A DNA stretch of 61,600 bases from Rhina ancylostomus (taxonomy: Eukaryota), in assembly GCA_030265395.1 (NCBI GenBank), contig JARFYF010000054.1:24502985-24564584 (forward strand), written 5' to 3'. Under the pieces are notes generated by a model, which made no database searches, was not told where the DNA came from, and was given only the letters and a program-made list of their open reading frames with translations. Position 1 is the stretch's first letter, and every line of letters starts with the position of its first letter. This document shows positions 12,401-24,400 of the stretch, in pieces. Made by a program: the position numbers and the translations under genes.

Positions 12401-15400
12401 TGAAATGGAGAGAAGGCTGACATCACTCTAATTCTGTCTCATGTTTCTGGTTCTTATCAGCAATAAGAGGAATGGAGAATTAAGTGGAGACCTCATGTCT
12501 GAGCAGATAAAGAATGAAAGTGATCTTAAAACAGTTGAATGATTTTTCATTCTGACAAAAAGTCATCTGCTTGAATTTTCAACTCTACTTAATTTCTCCA
12601 CAGATGCTATCTGACCTTCTGAATGCTTCTAGGATCTGCATTGTTTTACTTTTGATTAATTCTTAACCTTGGGGCCTCTTGAATTAATGTTTTATACAGC
12701 TCAGCACCTGGCACTTTTGGATGCCCTCTGTGTAAGGCAGGATTTATACTCCACATTGACTGAATTCATAGTCGTAACCCTGATGATATAATTGCATCAC
12801 TCAGAATGAAGTCATCCAAGAAATCCTCCCTTAGTACAGTCCTCTAAAGTAAAAGCAAATTGCTACTTTAAAACAGTTCATTGTGGAAATCCAAGAGAGG
12901 TTTATTACCTTAACAGGCAGAGTGCCTNNNNNNNNNNNNNNNNNNNNNNNNNNNNNNNNNNNNNNNNNNNNNNNNNNNNNNNNNNNNNNNNNNNNNNNNN
13001 NNNNNNNNNNNNNNNNNNNNNNNNNNNGAGGTTTATTACCTTAACAGGCAGAGTGCCTGTCCCTTACGTCCTGTCTGTCTGAAAGCCTGATGTAGACTGA
13101 GTGCTCCATTTACCTATTCATATATTTTCCACAATAGTATATTAATAGAAACATTCAGCAAGTCAAACAGCTTCAGTGGAGAGAGGAAGGTAAATTCACA
13201 TTTCAGGTTGAAGACATGTTGGCAGCATTCTGGTGTGTTGCACAATCAGTCAACTGAATGTTTAAATAACTGTCAAAATGGGGGAGCTCCCAGAGCACCT
13301 TTGACCCATTTATCAAGTAGTACCAATTTTTCTCCAGTCTCCAAAATTATTTTAAAGTCTGTCAGAGTTTTAGTTACTCATGTAAGATGGTGGAGGTGCC
13401 TTCAATTCCACAACAAACACTTTCATCTTGGATATGGCGATGTACCACTCACCTCCGAAGAATAGTTGGCCTGTTGATTAACTCACTCATCACATTCACC
13501 AAACAATTGTATGCTGGGACTCAAAACCCTGCTGAAGTGTCCTAATATCTATCTTCCCTCAGTTACAGAATCACAGCATGTTCTTTTGCAGAAACAGGTT
13601 ATTCCATTCATCAAGTCAATGCAGGTTATCCATATATAAGCTGTGGTAAAGAGTTTGTACATTCTCCGTGTCTGCATGTATTTCCTCCGGGTGCTCCAGT
13701 TTCCTCCCACTTTCCAATGACGTGCAGTTAGGAAGTTGTAGGCATGCTATGTTGGCGCCGGAAGCGTAGCGACACTTGTGGCCTGTCCCCAGAACACTCT
13801 CCGCAAAAGATGTATTTCACTGTGTGTTTTGATGTACATGTGACTAATAAAGATATCTTATCTTACTTGAGGTAGTCCCATTTTCCTATGTTTGGCCCAT
13901 ATCCCTCTAAACAGTACCTGTCCATTTACATATCTAAATGTCTTTTAAACGTTGTAATTGTACCCACCTCTTCAGCTTCCTCTGACATCTCATTCAATAT
14001 ACCCACCACCCTCTGTGTGAAAATGTTACCCATCAGGTCCCTTTTAAATCTTTCTGCTCTCAGATTAAATCTTTGTCCTCTAGTTTTGGACTCTCCCACC
14101 TTGGGAAAAAGACTCTGTCCATTTACCTTATCTATGCCCCTCATGATTTTATATACTTCTATTAAGTCACCCCTCAGCCTCAGAAAAAAGCCCCAGCCTA
14201 TCCAGGCTCTNNNNNNNNNNNNNNNNNNNNNNNNNNNNNNNNNNNNNNNNNNNNNNNNNNNNNNNNNNNNNNNNNNNNNNNNNNNNNNNNNNNNNNNNNN
14301 NNNNNNNNNNATGTATTTCACTGTGTGTTTTGATGTACATGTGACTAATAAAGATATCTTATCTTGGACAGCAAATTGCTACTTTAAAACAGTTTATTGT
14401 GGAAATTCAAGAGAGGTTTATTACCTTAACAGGCAGTGTGCCTGTCCCCTACATCATGTTTCTCTGAGAGTCTGATGTTGACTGATTTTATCTTTATGAA
14501 TATTGATTTAATCTTTGTGAATATTTAACAAAAAGTGCTTTTTGTGCACTATTATATTCACTATTTCTCTCCAACAATTTTAACATATTTAAAATTTATC
14601 TATTTTCTAAAAGAAAATGTGTGTTTGGATTGTTAAGATGAAAGCACTGAATAATGTAGTCCTTCAGTCTTTTTGAACTTTGTGGGAGTGGAAGAAAGGT
14701 ATTCTGTTGGAGACCATTTTGAAATGCAAGGAATAGACATGAAACAAGTTACTGACCACTATAGTTTTCAGGCTTTTGCGAGCATAAACATAAATGAACT
14801 GTTTGAACACAAAGACAATTTGTCTAATTTTCAGAAATTGTGATGACACTCACCCATATGTTGACTGCCATTTTTTTTTCAATTATTTGACAGCCCACAG
14901 CTGAAATATCATCAGTACCTCCGGGGTTATCCCTGCAAGAGTCACCAGAATTCTCCAAGACTTCAGAGGCAAGTGGATCTGTTGTACAAACTGTGGTCCC
15001 ATGCTCAGATGAGCACAGCAAGTAGATTAGACAACTGATGAGTTTAATTAGGGTGAAACTAATTATATATAATTTGAAAGAAAGCTCAGGTATTTTACTT
15101 GGTATAGGTGGCAATGCACTTAAAAACACTGGAAAAAAGAGCAGATTCCTGATTCTATTAGGATAACTGATGTACAAACTTTATCTCAGAAGGGAGAACT
15201 TAAGACCATGATTTCTGTATTGTTGGCACAGAAAATGGTCTTTGTTCTGCTATGTTATTTCTCTTAATAATGGACTGTGTGCTTGCACCAGTAGACGGAC
15301 TAGCTTCTGTCTAGATATTTCTAGGGAACTAACTCTTATGTGAATTCTTTCATAGTTGGAACTTCATGAAAGATTTTGGAAAATAATGCAATATGAAACT

Positions 15401-18400
15401 CTTTTGTGGCACCAATACAAGCAGGTTGAGCTGACTAACTAGTGTACTTATGTCTGTTAAACTCGATGGCAATAATCATAAATTATGCAGATATATTAAT
15501 GAAAATCAGATGATGCTGTTAGGATCCTGAAAGGCCACTTCAATTACTGACCTTCCTTCATTCTGCCAGCCATTGGCAGTACTTCAGGGGAGGGGTCAAC
15601 TTCTAATGTTAGTTCATGAACTTTTCAGCTGGAGTCATTTGAAGCTTTGGAAAAATTTGGGAGGTGTTCTTCTTGCGTAGCTTGATTTTTTTTAAAGATT
15701 AAATCAGTTCAAGGTCCAAATATTGACTGCAGGATGTTCTAAGTTGTACACTTGGTTAACTAGCTCCTTGGTATGCTTGGCTTGGTGTACAGTTTAATCC
15801 AAGACTCATTTTTTTTCCTATTTTCCTTACAACATAGAAGGAGGCCATACAGCCCATTGTGATTATGCTGGCTTTTAGTGGATTGATCCTGTCAGTGCTA
15901 TTCCCACACTTATTTCCCTGTAACCTGTCTCTCTCTCATATCTATCAACTCCCCCGATTCTCCCACCGCTCACTTACACTATGAGTGATTTACAATAGCC
16001 AATTGACCCACCTTCAGCAACTCCTGGAGAAAATGAGAGCACATGAATGAAATCCACATAGTCATAGGGAGAGTGTGCAAATTATGGCCCTCATTAAGGA
16101 AAGCTGTAGCATTCTCAATCAACAATTCCTATGCCTGGACAGATAGTGCCTTATGCAAACAGCCCACAATGTACAGAAAATTGTCTTATTTCAACTTGTG
16201 TAAGTCTGTGGTGAAATGGGAACAATTCATGAAACTCCCTTTGAAGGACAGCTTTCAGCTTAATAAGGCAAAGAGTGGGAATAAAGGGGACATTTTCTAG
16301 TTGGCTGCTGGTGACTAGTGTGTTCTGCAGGGGTNNNNNNNNNNNNNNNNNNNNNNNNNNNNNNNNNNNNNNNNNNNNNNNNNNNNNNNNNAATGATCTG
16401 GATGACGAAATTAATGGCTTTGCAGCCAAGTTTGTGGATGATACAATGATAGGTGGAGGGGCAGGTAGTGTTGAGGAAACAGGGATTCTGTAGAAGGACT
16501 TAGACAGGTTAGGGGAATGGGCAAAGAAGTGGTAGATGGAATACAATGTAGGAAAGTGTATGGTCATGCACTTTAGTAGAAGGAATAAAGGCGTAGACTA
16601 TTTTCTAAACAGGTAGCAAATTCAGAAATCGGAGATGCAAAGGGAGCTGGGAGTCCAGGATTCCCTAAAGGTTAACTTGCAGGTTAAGTTGGTAATAAGG
16701 AAGGCAAATGCAATGTTAGCATTCATTTCGAGAGGACTAGAATATAAAACCAAGGATGTAATGCTGAGACTTTATAAGGTGTTGGTCAGACCACAACTGT
16801 AGTACTGTTTGCAGTTTTGGCCCCCATATCTAAAGAAGGATATGCTGGCATTGGAAAGGATCCAGAGGGGGTTTACAAGAATAATCCAGTGAATGAAAGG
16901 GTTAATGTATGAGGAGCGTTTGATATCTCTGGGCCTGGGGTGGAGATTAGAATGATGAGTGGGCATCTCCTTGAAACCTACCGAATATTGAAAGGCTTGG
17001 ATAGAGTGGATATGGAGAGGATGTTTCCAGTCATGGGAGAGTCTAGGACCAGGGGGCACAGCCTCAGAACAGAAGGATGTCCCTTTAGAACAGAAATGAG
17101 GAGGAATTTCTTTAGCCAAAGTGTGGTGAATTTGTGGAGTTCATCGACACACGTAGCTGTGAAGGCCAAGTCATCGGGTNNNNNNNNNNATTTAAAGAGG
17201 AGGTTGATAAGTTCTTGATTAGTAAGGCATCAAAGGTGACGGGGAGAAGGCAGGAGAATGGGGCTGAGAAGGGAAAAAAAAATCAGCCATGATCAAATGG
17301 TGGAGAAGACTTGATGGGCCAAATGGCCTAATTCTGCTCCTATGCCTTATGGTCTAAAGAGGGGCACAGAAGTGAAGGTGCCAAAGTAGAGCTCATTAAA
17401 GGGCAATTCAACAGAGTAATCCCAGCTCCTGTTTACAGTCATATCTAACATCTGTTCCAACTTCAAATAACCTGTGTTTTCTAAAAGACAACTATGATAT
17501 TTGTACAGTGACATCATTTGTAATGAGAATGGGGTTTATTTCCAATGATTGTTTAATTGGCAGAACTTCCATAATGAGCAGCCTCACCTTGNNNNNNNNN
17601 NNNNNNNNNNNNNNNNNNTTCTCACGTAATGCCTTGCTTGAAATAATATCCAACCTCCATTAAGTGATCCAGCAGCTTCGACAAGTGAATTTATCTAGCG
17701 CTATCCTGCCAGCCCATTAAATCAGGAGACTTTTGCGATTCTGTTATATTAACCTGAACTGAATGGCTGTAGCCCTTTACAGAATTCCAATATTTTGAGC
17801 CACCTCTGTGCCTGAGTTCAGTTTTCTCATGAACAATTTCGGCTAAAGGTAACTGGTTACTTTAGTAACATGCTCTTGTCCAGGGAAAACCCAGTTCCCA
17901 AACTCAATGATAAGTCAGGCCCAAAGCATTACTTTTTCTTTTGGAATTTACAAGGAGTGTTAAACTTCTGTTTCTTCCAAATACCCAACATTCTGCTCTG
18001 CACTTCAAGCTTGTCTGCTTTAATTTCAAATTTCCAGTGTTCATGATTTATTTTTCCTGGATTTTTAGTCTTGATGAGCCGAGGTACCAGCTAATATTTG
18101 TGGATCTTATGGAATAGAAATTTGAAGAAACAACTTGTCCATTTGGACTTGACGACATAGCTGGGGCGACCAGCTTGAGAAATTCATTTCCTGTACTTCC
18201 TGGTTGAAGACCTTTTGCACAGAAGAAAAATGTATCTTTGCAATGTCAAGTATCCACTGTTAGTTGAATGCAACATGCTGCCCTTAAAGTACCAGATGTG
18301 GCAGAGATAGTAGCAGTCTTGCCTCTAGGTTATAAGGATCTGAGCTTGTCCAATTATACTGACTTCATTGCAAATATCTAGGCTGACAATCCAGTGCAAT

Positions 18401-21400
18401 ACCATGGGACTGCTTCACTGTTAAAGGTGCCACCTTTCAGATGAGCGTTGTCTGATTAGAAAGAAGAATGAGTAATACTGGGTCTCTTGGCCAATATTTA
18501 GTCTCCATTTGACATCATTAAAAGCAAGTCATTTGATAATTTTCACATTGTTGTTATGGGAGTTTACTGGGCATGTTTGTTGTGGCATTTTGTTCATTAC
18601 AATGATGGCTGTGTTCCTGAGGCTTGACTAATATGAAATAATTGCAAGACTTCCTTTATTCTCTTATCTTGCATTGTTCACTCAATTAAGGTTTTTATGT
18701 ATCCTGCTCAGGGCTTGGGGCAGCTAGCTTATTATATCACTCTTTGTTGTAAAATAATCACTTGGAAATGTTTTCTTTATTAGGAATTTGTACTTTATCC
18801 TGAAAAATCCCATGTCAGAACTGATTGAAGTTGTTTTATGCCTTAAATTTTCAAACTTTTATTTTGTGTATGAAAATTTGATGGTAAACCTACCATAATT
18901 TGTTTAGAAAGCAAGTTACGGGAGCATGCCAAATGACTGAATCTGGTCTGTTCCATTACACCATAATTCCAGAGGATTTAGGCTTCACTTTGCATTAATG
19001 TGTTAACACAGCAAGTGTCAGCTGTGGCTCATTTGGTCTCAGTCAGATGGTTCCTGGTTTAAGTCCCATTTCAGGAACTTGCACACAAACATTTGAGTTG
19101 ATATTACAGTGCAATATTTGAAGGTGTGCTACATGGTTTTTCTGAAGGGGAGCTAAACCAGATGGTTTGTCAGATACAATGGTATTAATTTAAAGAACAA
19201 GGAAATTATTTCCACTCCGCCATCACAAACCCACACTGTGTTCTGGCTAATATTTATCCTTGGATCAATATTTCTGAATATAGTCATTTGTCATATTGCA
19301 ATATATGAGAGCCTGCCACATGCAAAATGCAAGCCTTTCTCTTAGATTCTTATCTGAACCCTTGGTATTTTCTACTGGTGTTCCACATTTAGAAAGTCCC
19401 ATAAAGCATGCAGGTCTTCTTGGTGAAACTCGCAACAAACTCCAGATGCTGGAAATCTAAAAGTAGAAAATGCTGGAAATACTCAGCAGGTCACACCGCA
19501 TCTGTAGGAAGAAAAACAAAGGGTCTTCAACCTGAAACATTAACTCTGTTTCTCTTCTCACAGATGCAGCCTGACCTGCTGAGTATTTCCAGTATTTTCT
19601 GATATTATTTCAGGTTTTCTGGGTTTTCTATGCCTACTTGAAGTTCATTGCTAAGCTTTTGGGGTTGCATATCATTTCAACTCCCTTTTCCACTCCCACA
19701 TCGACCTGGCTGTCCTCAACCTTCTCCACGGCCATGGTGAGACCATATGCAAACTAGAAAAATAGCACCTCATNNNNNNNNNNNNNNGAACATTGAATTT
19801 TCCATTTTCAGGTAACCCACCCCCCTGTGTCCCTTTCCCACTCTCACCACCCTCCCCTACCTTCTATGTCTGGTTCCATCTGCCCATCACTCACATACAA
19901 GTGTTTCTTCGTCCATAGTTCAACTATCTTACCTTTACTCCAAGCTGGTTCTGTCCGCCCATCATTCCTCCCTGGTCTGGTTCCAGCTATCACCTACCAG
20001 TTACTGTCTCTATCCTTTCCTTTCCCTTCCCTTACCCCCACCTGACTCCATCTGCCTAACTTTTTTTCCTTAAGTTTCCACGTATCACCTACCACACTCA
20101 GTGTCACCCCTCCCTCTCACTTCTATATACTGGTTATCTTCCCTTTACGCTCAAAACATTGACCATCCCTTTTTCCTCCACAGATGTTGTTTGACCCACT
20201 GAGTTCTTCCAGTAGGTTATTGTTTGCACTGACTTGGGATGGTCATGATTGTTGCAAGCAAATTAAACTAATTTATCAGAAAGTCTACAAGTATATCATT
20301 CAAAATTTAATTAAAAAGGAATTGCAGACCAAAGTGTTGGATCATTGACAAAGGGAATTTTATCTTACCTGTGCTGTACCAGACCTGGACATGATTGACA
20401 CTGACAGAAATGCTAAATGCCTTCCAAACATCAGCTTTTTTGTTCAAGAACAAGGGAGTGGTGGAATCATGGGGTGGGGGGGGGGAATTGTAGAGTAAGA
20501 GGGTAGGATAAAAAATGGGATTAATTTGGGATTAGTGTAATTGGGTAGTTNNNNNNNNNNNNNNNNNNNNNNNNNNNNNNNNNNNNNNNNNNNNNNNNNN
20601 NNNNNNNNNNNNNNNNNNNNNNNNNNNNNNNNNNNNNNNNNNNNNNNNNNGAACGTACAAACTCCTTACAGACAGCGGCCGGAATTGAACCCGGGTCGCT
20701 GGCGCTGTAATAGCGTTATGCTAACCGCTACACGTCAGTATGCTGTCAATTTCCCCAAGTTCTGGTAACCACTCCCCTCTGTCCTCCACCACATCCCCAT
20801 CCCTCGGGCCCCCTCACCCCTTCCCCTGCTCTCACAACCTGCCCATTGCCTCCTTCTGGTTCCCCACCTCCTTCCCTTTATTCCGTGGTCCACTGTCCTC
20901 TCTTATCCGATCCCATCTTCTTCAGCCCTTTGCATCTTCCACTTATCACCTCCCAGCTTCTCACATCACTCCCACTTCTGTCCCCCCACCCCCGCACCCA
21001 CGTACCTTGCCTCTCTCACCTGTCCCCCACCTGTTCTTTCTTTTTCAATCTTTTTATTGAATTTCAAATTAATTCAAATTGATGCACATTACATTAATAA
21101 TCATACATATGATACAAACAGATCGGGATAGCAATAATAACAATTAATATTTATACTCACGAGGAGTAAGATATGTAATCTCGAACTCCCCACTCTTGCT
21201 ACGTGTACATGATGGGGGAAGAAAGAAGAAAAGATTTAATTGCACGAAGAGAAAGCCCCAAAATCAAAAAAAAAAGTGTAATATTAAACAAAAGCAAACC
21301 AAAAACTTCAAAAGAAGAAAAAACTGGACTGATATTTCCTCGAATTAAAAAATAACCCATTCTTAAGTCGTCAGCTCTGTTCCTATCCCCCACCGGTTCA

Positions 21401-24400
21401 TACTCCTCCCCCTTCCATTCCAGCTCCCGCCCTCTTCCTTCCCAGTCCTGATGAAGGGTCTCAGCCCGAAACGTTGACTGTTTATTTCCCTCCACAGATG
21501 CTGCCCGACCCGCTGAGTTCCTCCGGCACTTCATTTGTGTTGCCCCAGTATATTGTTGCCGCCGGCTCCACCTGTCTGCCACTTTCTTGTGATTCACATA
21601 CAAAAAGTTCTAGATCCCTTTGTAGTCGATTGGATTCCCTCTTTATTTAGATCATGTTTTGCCTTAGCAAAATTCATGACCTCACACTTTCCCACATTAC
21701 CTGCATTTGCCTCGGTCTCACCTCGCTCCCTCAGTCTACCTATATCCTGTTGCAGGCTTCAAATATCCTCACCACAACATTCCCTCACATCTATTTCTGT
21801 GTCATCAGAAAACTTGGCCAACTGAGGGGCCAAGAACTGATCCTCGGGAAACTCCACTGCATTATATTTCCAAATCAGGTTATTATTGCTGATTTGAATG
21901 TCAGTAAATTAGTTGTTCTGCAGCAGCAGTATAGTGCACAACATAAAAACTACTGTAAATTACCAAATAAATAAATAAATAGTGCAAACAAAAGGAATAA
22001 CGAGGCAGTGTTCATGGGTTCGTTCAGAAATCTGATGGCGGAGGGGAAGAAGCTGTTCCTGAATCATTGAGTGGGGGTCTTCAGGCTCCTGGACCCCCTC
22101 CCCGATGGTGGTAACGAGGGGAGGGCATGTCCCGGGTGGGGAGGGTCCTCGGTGATGGACGCCGCTTCCTTGAGGCACCGCCTGTTGAAGATGTCCTTGA
22201 TGCTGGGGAGGGTTGTTCCCAACGTAGCCTGTAGTGAGGATTGTATGTCAACGTTTGAAAGGAATGCACAAGGTGAAAAGAATGCCAGTAATCTTAAATT
22301 GGGTGTGTTCAGAGTACAGGTCAGGTATATTAGCTTGTAAAGTGAGACTAATCTTTGAGGTGGAATCCATCATCTGAATTGAAGTACATTTCATTCATTT
22401 GCTTTGTTTGAAATGGTTATATGTTGATTAAATTTGTAAAACATTGCTAACCCAGAAGAGGTGCAAATGGCAGGATAAAGGGCCAATTGGTGCGGCTTTT
22501 TTCTCCCTTTTACTAACCTTAGGCGATCCCTCCAGATCAAGGATGACTTGATTCCCGTACTGTGGGTTCTGAGGTGACATAAGACCAATGTGGGAATTGC
22601 AGAAATGCCTGACCTGGCAGGCAAGCGGGTCATTTATTAGGTGGTGTGCACCATCCATTGTTTGCGCAGAGATTCCGTGTTCTGTGCAAGATCTCAATAC
22701 TATTGAATACTCCTCTAGTTTGAGTGCCTCTGGGCAAGGCATTCTCAAGAGCCAGTGGGGATGTTACAATTCTTACAAGGAGGCTTAGAGCACATCCTTG
22801 AATCTTTTCCTCTGTGCACTAGTACCTACATATTGCTGATCTAAAAAGATAGTAAGAAATGACACAAATGAAAAAAACCTCAAAACAACCCCTTTTATTA
22901 TAACATAGGTGTCATTTCTAAAATACTGGTGAAGTACTTTGGAACGTTGTGAGGTTGTAAAAGATGCAATATAGGTGTTTTTTTTCACCACTCTGATTTC
23001 TTTCTTCATGGCCTATTTCTATTTGTGAAATACTTTGGAACACATTGTAATAAAACTACTAAACTGCATCACTTAAGCAAGTAGTTTAATGATCTTGAAA
23101 TAACTTAACTTGAAGAAATACCTACATCCTACAATATCCAACAAAGAAAATATTACAATTCCACTGAATGCAATTTCCTTTGCATGCAAGTGAGCCTGAC
23201 ACTACAAAACAAGAATATATAAATCTGAATTGGGCCATTGCAGATGCCACAGACTTGGGGGCATGGTGAACTGAGATGGGGATATAAATAACCTTAAAGG
23301 AGTTGGTGAAATGGGAAGACAGATGGCAAGTGGAATTTAACTCTGAGAAATGTGAAATGTCAGATTTGGGTAAGAAGCATAGGAGGCTATATAAATGAGG
23401 GGACACAATTCTAAAAAGGCTCCAGAAACACAGAGATCTAGGGGTAAAGGGTTCATTGAAAAATGCAGGGCAGTAGGGAAAGTGGTAAAGAAAGGATCTG
23501 CAATCCTTGGCCTTATAACTAGAAGCACTGAGTAAATCTGACCCATAACCAGGGGCGGTAGAGTGATGCAGTTCGTTGAACCGCTGCCTCGCAGTGCCAG
23601 AAATCCAGGTTCAGTCCTGACCGTGGGTGCTGTCTGTGTTCTCTTTGTGACTGCTTTGATTTCCTTCCACATCCCTAAAATTTGCAGATTGCCACTTAAC
23701 TTGCCCCAGGTGAGTAGAATCTGGGAGTAGTGGGGAGAATAAAGAGGGGGATTAATGTGGGATTAGTGTAAATGGGTAGTTGATGATTAGTGCAAACTTG
23801 GTGGTCTGAAAGGTGTGATTCATGCTGTATCTCTCCATGACACTAGGATTCTTTGATATTCCTGTGATCAGATTTGTGCTTGGTGCAGCTGGCTGGATTG
23901 ATGTCTAATATGCAGTGCTGAATGATGCTCTATTTGGCCCACTACCCAGAAGATACCTCACAGCACCCCCACTGTGCTTTCCTCATGCCCATACTGACAT
24001 TGTTTAGGTGTATGAATAGGACTGATCTGGCCCTCCCAATCCCAGAACTGGAAGGCAAGATGTAATGAAGCCATGGTGGAAACTTGGCTTCATCCAGCAT
24101 ATTGCTGAGACAATGCTCTAGACTCCACTGATATTCAGGTCATTTAAAAATTATTATAATTAATTTCAAGTATTGTATCTGAAATAATATTCATTGAAAC
24201 AATAATAAATAAAAGCATTAAACTAAAGTAAAATAACTAAATGAATTTGTCTCTTTCTTCCTAATCTCCACACCAAGAATACCTATACAAATGTATAGAG
24301 ATTCTGATCTTGCACTAGGTTTGACTGGCATAGAATCACAGTGTTGGAAACCCTAATGTAATGTGGGGAAGCTGATCAATGAGGGGTCAAGCCATGGAGC

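Larger units (their letters stand above)
20740..21550 (+). mobile_element. Penelope-like terminus (pLTR) interrupted by an AT-rich insertion
   Basis: CT-rich PLE tail, hammerhead motif, then ccacagatgctgcccgacccgctgagttcctcc. Confidence 0.8.

Noticed and set aside
13888-14475. 195-aa ORF and other ORFs containing X runs
   Set aside because: Length is an artefact of reading through N gaps in repeat sequence
20651-20732. tRNA gene
   Set aside because: A/B boxes belong to a SINE head that continues into SINE body sequence; no complete cloverleaf
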